From positions 1 to 61,060 of the forward strand of contig JBBRRY010000024.1 of NCBI GenBank assembly GCA_038245905.1: 61,060 bases of DNA. Reading direction: 5' to 3'. This document shows, in pieces, positions 1 to 9,393 of the stretch. Under the pieces are notes generated by a model. That model saw only the letters and a program-made list of their open reading frames with translations. It was not told where the DNA came from and did no database searches. This DNA comes from Thermoanaerobaculia bacterium. GTDB lineage: Bacteria; Acidobacteriota; Thermoanaerobaculia; UBA5066. The position numbers and the translations under genes are program-made. How positions within the stretch are numbered: position 1 is the first letter of the stretch; each line of letters opens with the position of its first letter.

Positions 1-1
1 G

Positions 2-748
2 CTCGACGTCCTCGGCGCCCAGACCGAAGGAATGATCGGTTACATGATCGAGCAGGAGCTCGGCAATCTTCTGCCGTTCGAGAAGCCCTTTGCGACGCTT
101 CTCACGATGGTCGAGGTCGACCCGGCGGACCCCGCCTTCCAACACCCGACGAAGCCGATCGGCCCCGTCTACTCCGAGGAGGAGGCGAAGCGCCTCGCAA
201 GGGAGCGGGGCTGGGCCATCGCCCCGGACGGACAGGGTTGGCGCCGGGTTGTCGCATCGCCCTTGCCGAAGCGGATCTTCGAGATTCGGCCCGTCAAGTG
301 GCTCCTCGAAAAGGGAGCGATCGTGACTTGCGGGGGAGGCGGAGGGATCCCCACCGTCTACGGGCCCGACGGGAAGCTCCAGGGCGTCGAGGCCGTCATC
401 GACAAGGATCGTGTCGCGTCGCTCCTCGCTCAACAGATCGAGGCCGACGTCTTCATCATGGCCACGGATGTCTCGGCCGTCGTCGCGGCATGGGGGACGA
501 AGGATGCGCGTGCCATACGCCGCGCGTCGCCCGCCGCGCTTTCTCGCTTCGACTTCGCGACGGGCTCGATGGGGCCGAAGGTCGAGGCGGCGCGGGACTT
601 CGCGGAGCGGACGGGGAAGACGGCCGGGATCGGCTCCCTCGAGGACATTCCTCTGATCCTTGCCGGCGAGGCGGGCACTCTCGTCTCGAACGACGTCGCC
701 ACGCTCGAGTGGGCTCCCGCCGAGACGCTGACGCTCTTCCAGGATTAG
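2..748 (+). CDS. arcC: carbamate kinase (5' end outside window)
   Basis: Frame open from base 2 ([14 protein letters not shown]). Motifs [30 protein letters not shown] and [10 protein letters not shown] are typical of carbamate kinases. Confidence 0.93.
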   Translation, partial: LDVLGAQTEGMIGYMIEQELGNLLPFEKPFATLLTMVEVDPADPAFQHPTKPIGPVYSEEEAKRLARERGWAIAPDGQGWRRVVASPLPKRIFEIRPVKWLLEKGAIVTCGGGGGIPTVYGPDGKLQGVEAVIDKDRVASLLAQQIEADVFIMATDVSAVVAAWGTKDARAIRRASPAALSRFDFATGSMGPKVEAARDFAERTGKTAGIGSLEDIPLILAGEAGTLVSNDVATLEWAPAETLTLFQD

Positions 749-752
749 CTCC

Positions 753-782
753 TTGACAGCCGCGCGCGGCGCGACATACGCT
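753..782 (+). promoter_or_regulatory. sigma70-type promoter of the fad operon
   Basis: Perfect -35 TTGACA (753-758), 18-bp spacer, -10-like TACGCT (777-782). Confidence 0.7.
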
Positions 783-783
783 A

Positions 784-803
784 CTGAGTGATGGCTCATT
801 CAG
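784..803. promoter_or_regulatory. FadR(TetR)-type operator palindrome
   Basis: CTGAGTGA-TGGC-TCATTCAG inverted repeat with 1 mismatch; resembles the Bacillus FadR box TGAATGA-N4-TCATTCA and overlaps the predicted TSS and start codon. Confidence 0.75.
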
Positions 804-1468
804 CGGGTCGCGACGCGCTTCCGCATGCGGTCCTTGCGGCCGCCCGGGCGGCCGTCGTGGAAGACCGCGCGCCCCTCGGGGCCGATCCCGAGAAGCGGCG
901 CCGCATTCTCGAGGCGGCGATCCGGACGTTCGGGCAGCGGGGATTCCACGAGGCCCGCGTCGCCGAGATCGCCGCGGCGGCGAAAGTGGCCGAAGGGACG
1001 GTCTATCTCTATTTCCGCAACAAGGAAGACCTCCTCGGCGTCGTCTTCGACGAGTCGATGGACGACGTTCTTGCGAAGGGGCGCGCGATAGCAAGCTCTA
1101 AGGGATCGGCGGGCGAGCGCCTGACCGGGCTCGTCGATCTCCACCTCGAGTTCATCGGGTCCGACCGCGACCTCGCGTCCGTCTTCCAGATCGAGCTCCG
1201 AAGGAGCGCGCGCCTCGTCGAACGCTTCTCGCGCAGCAAGCTCGTGGAGTATTTCCGGCTTCTCGGTGAGGTCCTGCGGGACGGGATCGCAAGCGGCGAG
1301 TTCCGCCGTGACCTGGAGCCGCGCCTCGCCGTCCGCATCCTCTTCGGGGCCGCGGACGAGGTGCTCTCGGAATGGCTCCTCTCGGGTGAGAAGAGGCCGT
1401 CCGCGAACGCGAAGCAGCTGGTCGGAACACTTCTTTTGGGTTTCGGGCAGAGGAGCAAACGCAAGTGA
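788..1468 (+). CDS. fadR: TetR-family fatty acid degradation repressor (FadR/YsiA-like); start 788 GTG or 791 ATG
   Basis: TetR HTH (ILEAAIRTF...VAEIAAAAKVAEGTVYLYFRNKEDLL); YsiA-like C-terminus (VFQIELR); first gene of a beta-oxidation operon. Confidence 0.85.
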   Translation: MMAHSAGRDALPHAVLAAARAAVVEDRAPLGADPEKRRRILEAAIRTFGQRGFHEARVAEIAAAAKVAEGTVYLYFRNKEDLLGVVFDESMDDVLAKGRAIASSKGSAGERLTGLVDLHLEFIGSDRDLASVFQIELRRSARLVERFSRSKLVEYFRLLGEVLRDGIASGEFRRDLEPRLAVRILFGAADEVLSEWLLSGEKRPSANAKQLVGTLLLGFGQRSKRK

Positions 1469-2721
1469 TCAAAACCGCTTTCATCCTCAACGGCGCGCGG
1501 ACGCCGTTCGCGCGTGCCGGCACCGACTTCACGGGTGTCTCCGCGGTCGACCTCGGCCGCACGGCCGCCGTCGAGGCGATGGCTCGTGCGGGCGTCGAGC
1601 CCGGCGCCATCGACCAGGCCATCTTCGGCAACATCGCGACCCCCGTCGATGCCGCCAACATCGCGCGCATCATCGCGCTCCGGGCCGGCATCCCGAAGGA
1701 GAAGCCCGCGCACTCGGTGTCGCGCAATTGCGCCTCGGGCATCGAGTCCGTCGTGCAGGCCGCGCGCCTCATCGCGACGGGCGAGGCGGACGTCGTCCTT
1801 GCGGGTGGCGTCGAGAACATGACGCAGATCCCGTTTCTCTACCGGAACGGCGTCAAGGAGGTCTTCACGAAGGCCGGGATGTCCAAGTCCGCGGGGCAGC
1901 GGCTCTCGGCCTTCTCGAAGATGCCGTGGAAGGATCTCTTCAATCCCGTCATCGGACTCAAGGAAGGCCTCACGGACCCCGTGTGCGATCTCGGCATGGG
2001 CGACACCGCCGAGATCCTCGCCAAGGAAGGGCACTTCACGCGGGAGATGCAGGACACGTTCGCGCTGCGCTCGCACCACCGGGCGTTCGAGGCCCGAGCG
2101 AAGCTGTCCGAGGAGATCGTTCCCGTGCCGGTCCCTCCCGACTACGACCGCGTTCTCACCTTCGACAACGGGGTCCGGGAGAACCAGACGATGGACGCCC
2201 TCGCCAAGCTTCGGCCGTTTTTCGACCGTAAGTTCGGAACCGTCACGGCGGGGAACTCCTCCCAGATTACCGATGGCGGCGCGGCCGTCGTCGTGGCATC
2301 CGAGGATTACGTCCTCAGGCACGGGCTGAAGCCGCTCGGACGGATCTCGGGCTGGGGTTTCGCGGGTCTCGAGCCCGAGCGCATGGGCCTCGGGCCGTCG
2401 CGCTCGACGCCGATCGCCCTGAAGAAGGCCGGCCTCTCGATGAAAGACGTGAGCCTCGTCGAGATGAACGAGGCGTTCGCGGTGCAGGTCCTCGCGAACC
2501 TCGACGCCTTCGAGAAGTCGCCCGAGCTCGGCCCGATCTCGGAGGACGCCCTGAACGTGAACGGCGGCGCGATCGCCCTCGGGCATCCGGTCGGATGCTC
2601 GGGCACGCGCCTCATCCTGACGCTCCTGCTCGAGATGCGCCGCCGCAAGGTGGCGCACGGCCTCGCGACGCTCTGCGTCGGAGGCGGGCAGGGCGCGTCG
2701 ATCCTCCTGGAGGCTGTGTGA
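1465..2721 (+). CDS. fadI: acetyl-CoA C-acyltransferase (3-ketoacyl-CoA thiolase)
   Basis: Thiolase motifs NCASG, NEAFA, GHPVG, CVGGGQG; GTGA overlap with the upstream gene. Confidence 0.92.
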   Translation: MIKTAFILNGARTPFARAGTDFTGVSAVDLGRTAAVEAMARAGVEPGAIDQAIFGNIATPVDAANIARIIALRAGIPKEKPAHSVSRNCASGIESVVQAARLIATGEADVVLAGGVENMTQIPFLYRNGVKEVFTKAGMSKSAGQRLSAFSKMPWKDLFNPVIGLKEGLTDPVCDLGMGDTAEILAKEGHFTREMQDTFALRSHHRAFEARAKLSEEIVPVPVPPDYDRVLTFDNGVRENQTMDALAKLRPFFDRKFGTVTAGNSSQITDGGAAVVVASEDYVLRHGLKPLGRISGWGFAGLEPERMGLGPSRSTPIALKKAGLSMKDVSLVEMNEAFAVQVLANLDAFEKSPELGPISEDALNVNGGAIALGHPVGCSGTRLILTLLLEMRRRKVAHGLATLCVGGGQGASILLEAV

Positions 2722-4940
2722 TGTCCAGCATCGTCGACGAAACGGTTCCCCTCACGGCGCCCGCGGACGTGCGTTCTCCGTTCCGGCTGACGGTCGAGGG
2801 AGACGGGCTTGCCGTCCTCGTTTTCGACACGCCGGGCGAGAAGGTGAACAAGTTCTCGACGCCCGTCATGAAGGAGTTCGACCGCGTGCTGGAGACGCTC
2901 GCCGGCCGGTCCGACGTCCGGGCGCTACTCCTTCTCTCCGCGAAACCCGGCATCTTCATCGCCGGCGCGGACGTGAACGAGATCGCGAAGGCCGACCGGA
3001 ACGCGAACCCTGAGATGATCCGGGGACCCCACCGGACCTTCAACAAGCTCGCGAACCTCCCGTTCCCCACGGTGGCCGCGATCGACGGCGCTTGCGTGGG
3101 CGGCGGCTGCGAGACCGCTCTGTCGATGGACTGGCGCCTCATCTCGGACTCGAAAAAGGCGCAAATCGGGCTTCCGGAGATCAAGCTCGGCATTCTGCCG
3201 GCCTGGGGCGGCACGACGCGGCTTCCCCGGATGATCGGCCTCGCGAGCGCCCTCGACATCATTCTCGCGGGCAGGGTGCTCGACGGAAAGCGCGCGAAGA
3301 GGATCGGTCTCGTCGACGAGGTCGTTCCGCAGGCGATCATCGAGGAATGGGCGAAGAATTTTGCTCGAGGAAAATTCGGCACGAAGAAACGCTCGAACGC
3401 AGGGCCGGGGGGCGGTCCCGCGCGGGTCCGGGAACCGAAGCTGGTCGAGAGGCTTCTTGAGGGTCCGGGCAAGGGGATCGTCTTCTCGAAGGCTCGCCAG
3501 GCGGTCCTGAAGGAGACGAAGGGGCACTACCCGGCGCCACTCGCGGCCTTGTCCGTCGTCGAAAAGGGCTTCTCACGGCCGTTTGCGGAGGCGCTCGAGC
3601 TCGAGGTCGAAGGCGTCTCATCGCTCATCGGAACGCCCGTGATGCGGAGCCTCGTGGGCCTGTTCTTCCGGATGGAAGAGGTCAAGAAGGAAACCGGCGT
3701 CGAGGCTTTCGACGGTGCCGGCGCGCGGGTCAAGCCCCGGAAGATCCGGCGGGTCGGCGTCCTCGGTGCCGGCGTCATGGGCGGCGGCATCGCGCAGCTC
3801 GCGGCCGACAAGGGCTTCCCGACACGCATGAAGGACATCAAACCCGAGGCGCTCGCGCTCGGTTTCGCGCAGGCGGCCCGTATCTGGAAAGAGAAGCTCA
3901 AGAAACGGCGGATGACCCGCGCGGAGTTCGCGGCGAAGATGTCGCTCCTCAGCGGCTCGATGGAGTACGCGGGCTTCGACGGCTGTGACATCACGATCGA
4001 GGCCGTGCTCGAGAAGATGTCCGTCAAGCAGGCGGTCCTTGCAGACTGGGAGCACGTCGCGTCGCCGACCGCTATCTTCGCGTCGAACACGTCGACGCTC
4101 CCGATTACCGAGATCGCGGCGAAGGCGGTGCACCCCGAGCGTGTCGTGGGCATGCATTTCTTCAACCCCGTCCACAAGATGCCTCTCGTCGAGATCATCT
4201 ACGGGGAGAAGACGGACCCCGAGGTGACCGCGACGGTCTTCGATCTCGCGAAGAAGATGGGGAAGACGCCGGTCGTCGTGAAGGACGCCCCCGGCTTTCT
4301 CGTGAACCGCATCCTCAGCCCTTACATCGGCGAGGCGGCGCGACTGCTCCTCGAGGGCGCTGACTTCGTCGTCGTCGACAAGGCGATGCGGTCCTTCGGG
4401 ATGCCGGTCGGACCCTTCGAGCTCCTGGACGACGTCGGGATCGACGTCGCCGTGAAAGCGGCCGGGACGATGGCGAGCGCTTTTCCCACGCGGATGCCCG
4501 CGGATCCAGCCCTGGAGAAGCTCGTCGCGAGCGGCCGGATAGGGAGGAAGGCGAAGAAGGGATTTTATTTCTATGAAAAGGACAGGCGCGGCGGGCCGGA
4601 CCCGGCGGTGTATGCCGAGCTGGGGCTCTCTTCACCTTCTAAGAATCTTCCTCTTTCTTCCTCCGAAATCCAGGAACGCCTGATCCTCCCGATGATCAAC
4701 GAGGCGGCGTTCTGCCTCGCGGACGGCATTGTCGCGAGCCCCGCGAAGCTCGATCTCGCGATGATCTTCGGCACGGGATTCCCGCCGTTCCGCGGGGGAC
4801 TCTGCGCCTACGCCGATGCGCTCGGTGCGACAGCGGTCGTCTCCGGGCTCGAGAAACTCACCCGCGAAAAGGGCGCCCGGTTCGCACCGGCTCCGCTGCT
4901 CGTCGAGATGGCAAAGACTGGTAAGAAATTCTTCGTATGA
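2721..4940 (+). CDS. fadJ: fatty acid oxidation complex alpha subunit (enoyl-CoA hydratase / 3-hydroxyacyl-CoA dehydrogenase)
   Basis: Crotonase domain (FIAGAD, GGGCE, LPEIKLG) plus HAD domain (GAGVMGGG, SNTS, GMHFFNP, GFPPFRGG). ATG 2721 overlaps the thiolase stop. Confidence 0.93.
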   Translation: MSSIVDETVPLTAPADVRSPFRLTVEGDGLAVLVFDTPGEKVNKFSTPVMKEFDRVLETLAGRSDVRALLLLSAKPGIFIAGADVNEIAKADRNANPEMIRGPHRTFNKLANLPFPTVAAIDGACVGGGCETALSMDWRLISDSKKAQIGLPEIKLGILPAWGGTTRLPRMIGLASALDIILAGRVLDGKRAKRIGLVDEVVPQAIIEEWAKNFARGKFGTKKRSNAGPGGGPARVREPKLVERLLEGPGKGIVFSKARQAVLKETKGHYPAPLAALSVVEKGFSRPFAEALELEVEGVSSLIGTPVMRSLVGLFFRMEEVKKETGVEAFDGAGARVKPRKIRRVGVLGAGVMGGGIAQLAADKGFPTRMKDIKPEALALGFAQAARIWKEKLKKRRMTRAEFAAKMSLLSGSMEYAGFDGCDITIEAVLEKMSVKQAVLADWEHVASPTAIFASNTSTLPITEIAAKAVHPERVVGMHFFNPVHKMPLVEIIYGEKTDPEVTATVFDLAKKMGKTPVVVKDAPGFLVNRILSPYIGEAARLLLEGADFVVVDKAMRSFGMPVGPFELLDDVGIDVAVKAAGTMASAFPTRMPADPALEKLVASGRIGRKAKKGFYFYEKDRRGGPDPAVYAELGLSSPSKNLPLSSSEIQERLILPMINEAAFCLADGIVASPAKLDLAMIFGTGFPPFRGGLCAYADALGATAVVSGLEKLTREKGARFAPAPLLVEMAKTGKKFFV
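4626..4664 (+). repeat. intragenic TTCnAAGAA motif copy (fadJ)
   Basis: CTCTCTTCACCTTCTAAGAATCTTCCTCTTTCTTCCTCC. Confidence 0.75.
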
Positions 4941-4951
4941 GGGGGGCCGAG

Positions 4952-6733
4952 ATGTCCACAGTCAAAGAAGAAACGAAGCACGAGACCACTGTCGAGGTCG
5001 AATCCTTCCTAAAGACCCTGTTCCAGGGGCACATCGCCGAGGATCTCGTCTTCCCATTCCCGGAGATCCCGCAGGACGTGAAGGAGACCGTGGAGGCTTT
5101 CGCGGGCGCCTACGCCGAATTCGACGCGGCGAACCTCGATTCCGACAAGATGGACAAGGAGCACTTCTTCCCTCGCGAAGCCGTCAAGGCCATGGGCGAG
5201 CTGGGCGTGCTGGGGATGACGATCCCCGAGGAATACGGCGGCAGCGGGTTTGGGTCGGCGGCGTACTGCCGCATGACGGAGGTGATCGCGCCTCTCGATG
5301 CCTCCGCCTCGATCGTCGTCGGGGCCCACCAGTCGATCGGTCTCAAGCCGCTCGTCCTATTCGGGACCGAGGAGCAGAAGAAGAAGTGGCTGCCCGATCT
5401 CGCGTCTGGAAAGCTGATCGCGGCGTTCTGCCTGACCGAACCGGAGGCCGGCTCCGATGCGGGCTCCCTGAAGACGACTGCCATCTACGACCCTCAGGCG
5501 AACGAGTACGTCCTGAACGGGACGAAGCAGTGGATCTCGAACGGCGGCTTCGCCCGGTTCTTCTCGGTGTTTGCCCGGATCCCTGGCAGCCCCGCCGAGA
5601 AAGACGGCCACAGGGAGATCGCCTGCTTCGCCGTCGTCGCGAAGGAGGACGGGACGCTGCCCGGCCTCTCGCGGGGGCCCGAGGAGAAGAAGCTCGGCCT
5701 GTGCGCGTCCTCGACCTGCCAGATCATCTTCGAGAACTGCCGGGTCCCTGCCGCGAATCTCATCGGCGAGAAGGGCCATGGTTTCAAGATCGCCCTCGAG
5801 ACGCTGAATACAGGACGCACCTCGCTCGGCGCGGGCTCGGTCGGCGGCTCGAAGATGATGATCAAGCTCGCCGTGGACCACGCGACGCAGCGCAAGCAGT
5901 TCAAGACCCGCATCGCCGACTTCGAGATGATCCGCCACAAGATCACGCGGATGACGGCGACCACGTATGTCCTCGAGTCGATGGTCTACCTGACCGCCGG
6001 CCTCGTGGACCGGCACGTCGGCGACTATTCCCTCGAAGGCGCGTGCTGCAAGGTTTTCGGCACGGAGGTCCTCTGGCAGAACATCAACGACGGCCTCCAG
6101 ATCGCCGGCGGCAACGGTTTCATGAACGAGTACCCCTACGGGCGCGCGCTCCGCGACAGCCGCATCAACATGATCTTCGAGGGCACGAACGAGATCCTGC
6201 GCCTCCTCATCGCGCTCTCGGGCATGAAGGAGCTGGGCGACTCGCTGAAGGAAGTCCAGAGCGCCCTCAAGAGCCCGCTCGCGCAGCGCGGCATCCTCAC
6301 GGAGTACGCCCACAAGCGCCTCAAGGGCGTCATCACGCACGACAAGCTCACGAAGGTCCACCCCTCGCTCGCGCCCGAGGCGGATCAGGTGGGGCGGTAC
6401 GCCGGCATCTTCACGAATGCCTGCGAGACGATCCTCCGGAAGCACGGCAAGAAGGTCGTCGACAAGGAATACCAGCAGGAGCGCATCGCGGACGTCCTCA
6501 TCGACCTCTACGCCCAGATCGCGACGCTCTCTCGCGTGACGTCTTCGATCGCGAAGAAGGGCGAGGAGAAGGCGGCAGGGGAGATCGAGATCGCGCGCTG
6601 GTTCTGCCGCCGCGCGCGGCATCGGATGGTCGCAAACCTCAAGGCGCTCGAGAAGAACCGCGACGCCGAATGCACATCGATCAGCGACCGCGTCTACGAG
6701 GCGGGCGGCTATCCCTACGACCTCTGGGCCTGA
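4952..6733 (+). CDS. acyl-CoA dehydrogenase (long, VLCAD/ACAD9-like)
   Basis: FCLTEPEAGSD, NGTKQWISNG, RKQF, IFEGTNEILRL plus C-terminal extension; GAGGGG SD before ATG 4952. Confidence 0.92.
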   Translation: MSTVKEETKHETTVEVESFLKTLFQGHIAEDLVFPFPEIPQDVKETVEAFAGAYAEFDAANLDSDKMDKEHFFPREAVKAMGELGVLGMTIPEEYGGSGFGSAAYCRMTEVIAPLDASASIVVGAHQSIGLKPLVLFGTEEQKKKWLPDLASGKLIAAFCLTEPEAGSDAGSLKTTAIYDPQANEYVLNGTKQWISNGGFARFFSVFARIPGSPAEKDGHREIACFAVVAKEDGTLPGLSRGPEEKKLGLCASSTCQIIFENCRVPAANLIGEKGHGFKIALETLNTGRTSLGAGSVGGSKMMIKLAVDHATQRKQFKTRIADFEMIRHKITRMTATTYVLESMVYLTAGLVDRHVGDYSLEGACCKVFGTEVLWQNINDGLQIAGGNGFMNEYPYGRALRDSRINMIFEGTNEILRLLIALSGMKELGDSLKEVQSALKSPLAQRGILTEYAHKRLKGVITHDKLTKVHPSLAPEADQVGRYAGIFTNACETILRKHGKKVVDKEYQQERIADVLIDLYAQIATLSRVTSSIAKKGEEKAAGEIEIARWFCRRARHRMVANLKALEKNRDAECTSISDRVYEAGGYPYDLWA

Positions 6734-6743
6734 TCGCGATTTC

Positions 6744-7694
6744 ATCAGGACGCTGACTGTCCCGACCCCGTTTCCGGTCGGGCCGGTCAACGTCCATGTG
6801 ATTCTGCGCGACCCCGTCACGCTCGTCGACAGCGGACCCCTGACGCGTGAGGCGTGGGACGTTCTCGGTGCGGGCCTCAAGGGCCTCGGCGTCGAGATTT
6901 CAGACGTGAAGCGCGTCCTCCTGACGCACGGGCACCACGACCACTACGGGCTCGCGGCGAAAGTCGCGGACGCTTCGGCAGCGACGCTTTTCGGGGGGCG
7001 GCTCGACCGGAGAAACTTCCGACAGGACCGCAGCCGCAAGCTCCTGCTCCACGACATGTCACGTTCGGGCTTCGGTCTCGTGTCACGCCTCGCGGTCGTC
7101 GCGTCGGTCGCGGGAGTCGACCACTTCGCGAAGCCTCTCGAGGCCTGGGATGAGCTTTCTGGCGGCGAAACGCTTCCCGGCGACGGTTGGTCCGTCGTCG
7201 TCCGGTCCACGCCGGGCCATACGCCTGGCAGCCTCACGTTCGAGATCCCGGAGGCGGGCGTCCTCTTCACGGGAGACACCGTGCTCAAGGAGATCACGCC
7301 GAACGCGGTCGTGGACGAGGATCCCGAGGAGCCGGGTCGCCCGTTTCGCAGCGTTACGCGCTACTTCGAAAGCCTCGACGCGCTGGATCTCACGGTGGGG
7401 AGCGCCATCCTCCTCACGGGGCACGGCGCGCCGGTCATGGACTGGGCCGCGCATCGAAGGACGCTCGACCGGCGCTACGGACTCCGCGTCGGGCAGATCG
7501 AACGCGAGCTCGCGAAGGGCCCGGCGACGGTGCGCGATCTCGTCGCGGCGATCTTTCCGCGCGTGAAGACGCTCAACGTTTTTCTCGCGTACAGCGAGGT
7601 CCTCGGATTCCTGATGTACCTCGAGGACACGGGGCGCGTCGAGAAGCTCGTCGCCGCGACTCGCGACCTCTATCGGCTCGTCCCGGCGGCCTGA
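6744..7694 (+). CDS. MBL-fold metallo-hydrolase (start uncertain; first canonical start GTG 6798)
   Basis: THGHHDHYG, TPGHTPG, FTGD, GHG. The family-typical N-terminal VPTPFPVGPVNV is in frame upstream of 6798. Confidence 0.85.
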   Translation: MRTLTVPTPFPVGPVNVHVILRDPVTLVDSGPLTREAWDVLGAGLKGLGVEISDVKRVLLTHGHHDHYGLAAKVADASAATLFGGRLDRRNFRQDRSRKLLLHDMSRSGFGLVSRLAVVASVAGVDHFAKPLEAWDELSGGETLPGDGWSVVVRSTPGHTPGSLTFEIPEAGVLFTGDTVLKEITPNAVVDEDPEEPGRPFRSVTRYFESLDALDLTVGSAILLTGHGAPVMDWAAHRRTLDRRYGLRVGQIERELAKGPATVRDLVAAIFPRVKTLNVFLAYSEVLGFLMYLEDTGRVEKLVAATRDLYRLVPAA

Positions 7695-8369
7695 TCAGCG
7701 GCAGCGGACCTGGATCGACGAAGCGGCGTCCTCCCCGACGGCGGTGTTCCGGAGATTGTTGTCCCGCTCACGAAACTCCGTCCGCCGGCCGCGGAACCCG
7801 GGAAGCTCGTAGAGGATCGCGATGCAGCCGGGGGAGACGTCGACCGAACTTGCCATGCGGCTGCCGAAGCGCGTGCGGTCGAGGTCCGGAACGTCCTGCT
7901 CGAAGAACTGGCTCGGCCCCCGCGCCTCGCGGTCGCGGTAAAGAACGACGCCGCGGGACGGCGCGGACGGAGACGGGCGGTCCACGTGCCAGTCGGGGTG
8001 GTAGTGGGACTCAGGGCCGTCGTGCCGGCAATTGACTCGGAGCGACGAGGCCGTGTCCTCGCCGACCGCCGTGTTCGACAGGTCGTTGTCGGGCTCCCGG
8101 AACTCGGTGCGCCGCCCGCGGAAGCCCGGCCGCTCGAACAGCACCGCGACACAGCCCTCGGGCACGTAAATCGAGCTGGCCCGCCGGCTTCCGAACTGTG
8201 TGTACCGGAGATCGGGTACGTCGTCGTGGAACGTTTGAGACGGCCCCCGCAGCGCGCGTTCCTGAAAGAGGGTGACGCCTTGGGCCGCTGCCGGACGGGA
8301 AGCGGCTATTGCGGCAACGAGGACCAGGACGGTGGTCAGAGTCCGGAAGGGGAGCGTACTTTTTCGCAT
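7695..8369 (-). CDS. secreted beta/gamma-crystallin domain protein (two tandem domains)
   Basis: GGAGG SD before ATG 8369; signal peptide ending PAAA-Q; two near-duplicate domains with Greek-key patterns (LFERPGFRG...GEDTASSLRV). Confidence 0.8.
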   Translation of the reverse strand: MRKSTLPFRTLTTVLVLVAAIAASRPAAAQGVTLFQERALRGPSQTFHDDVPDLRYTQFGSRRASSIYVPEGCVAVLFERPGFRGRRTEFREPDNDLSNTAVGEDTASSLRVNCRHDGPESHYHPDWHVDRPSPSAPSRGVVLYRDREARGPSQFFEQDVPDLDRTRFGSRMASSVDVSPGCIAILYELPGFRGRRTEFRERDNNLRNTAVGEDAASSIQVRCR

Positions 8370-8430
8370 TCGGGATTCCTCCGTGCCCCCGAGCCTACTT
8401 TGATATCCTCCTTGGCCGGAGGATCGCCAG

Positions 8431-9249
8431 ATGGCCGACGAAACGACGCCTTCCGCGCCCCTGAGTGCCGGCTCGACCGCCCCTGATTTTTCGCTTCCGG
8501 CCCGCTCGGGGAAGACGATCTCGCTGCGCGACTTCCGGGGCAGCAAGGACGTCCTAGTCTATTTTTACCCGAAAGACGACACTCCCGGATGCACGCGCGA
8601 ATCCTGCAGTCTCCGGGACGGATGGGCGGAACTGCAGAAGGCCGGCATCGAGATCCTCGGGATCTCGCGCGACGACTCCGCGTCGCATAACGCTTTTGCC
8701 TCGAAGTACAACCTGCCTTTCGAGCTCCTGACAGATGCCGACCACGCCGTCCACGAGGTGTATGGCTCGTGGGGCCCGAACCCGAACCCCGCCTGGGGAG
8801 TCGGTCCCCTCCGCAAGTCGTTCCTGGTCGGGAAGGACGGACGCATCCGCCACGTGTTCGACAAGGTCGACACCGAGCACCATGCCGAGCAGGTGCTACG
8901 CGCCGCAGGCGTCACCGTTGCTCCGAGGCCTTCTGCTCCGGCTGCTCCTGCTCCGGCTGCTCCTGCCGCCGTTGCTCCTGCTCCGAAGCCGGCCGCCGCG
9001 ATGAAGAAGGCCGCTCCGAAAAAGAGAGCCGCTCCGAAAAAGAAAGCTGTCTCGAAAAAGAAGGCCGCACCGAAAAAGAAGTCCGCGCCCAGGAAGCGAG
9101 CCGCGAAGAAGTCGGCCCCCAAGAAAAGAGCCGTGAAGAAGACGGCGAAGAAGGCCGCGAAAAAGGCGGCGAAAAAGAAGGGTCCGAAGAAGGTCGCGAA
9201 AAAGGTCCGGAAGCCGGCGAAGAAAGCCGTGAAGCGGAAGAAGCGCTGA
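8431..9249 (+). CDS. bcp: BCP/PrxQ peroxiredoxin with C-terminal Pro/Ala linker and Lys-rich histone-H1-like tail
   Basis: FYPKDDTPGCTRESC active site; last ~82 aa are AAPKKK/AKKAAKK repeats; GGAGG SD. Confidence 0.88.
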   Translation: MADETTPSAPLSAGSTAPDFSLPARSGKTISLRDFRGSKDVLVYFYPKDDTPGCTRESCSLRDGWAELQKAGIEILGISRDDSASHNAFASKYNLPFELLTDADHAVHEVYGSWGPNPNPAWGVGPLRKSFLVGKDGRIRHVFDKVDTEHHAEQVLRAAGVTVAPRPSAPAAPAPAAPAAVAPAPKPAAAMKKAAPKKRAAPKKKAVSKKKAAPKKKSAPRKRAAKKSAPKKRAVKKTAKKAAKKAAKKKGPKKVAKKVRKPAKKAVKRKKR

Positions 9250-9393
9250 GGCTGGCGGGGGGCGCCCCGCATCCCCGGATGTCTCGAAGGCGCCGCGATC
9301 GACACGACACTGAAAAGGAGACCGGAGGATTTCTCCTCGAATACGTGGATGCGGCGTTCGCCGCTATCTGCTGAGGCGAACCTCCCAATCGAC

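Noticed and set aside
8920-9245. Short tandem repeats resembling an array or CRISPR
   Set aside because: They are degenerate codon repeats of the Pro/Ala and Lys-rich tail; there is no constant repeat with unique spacers and no cas gene.
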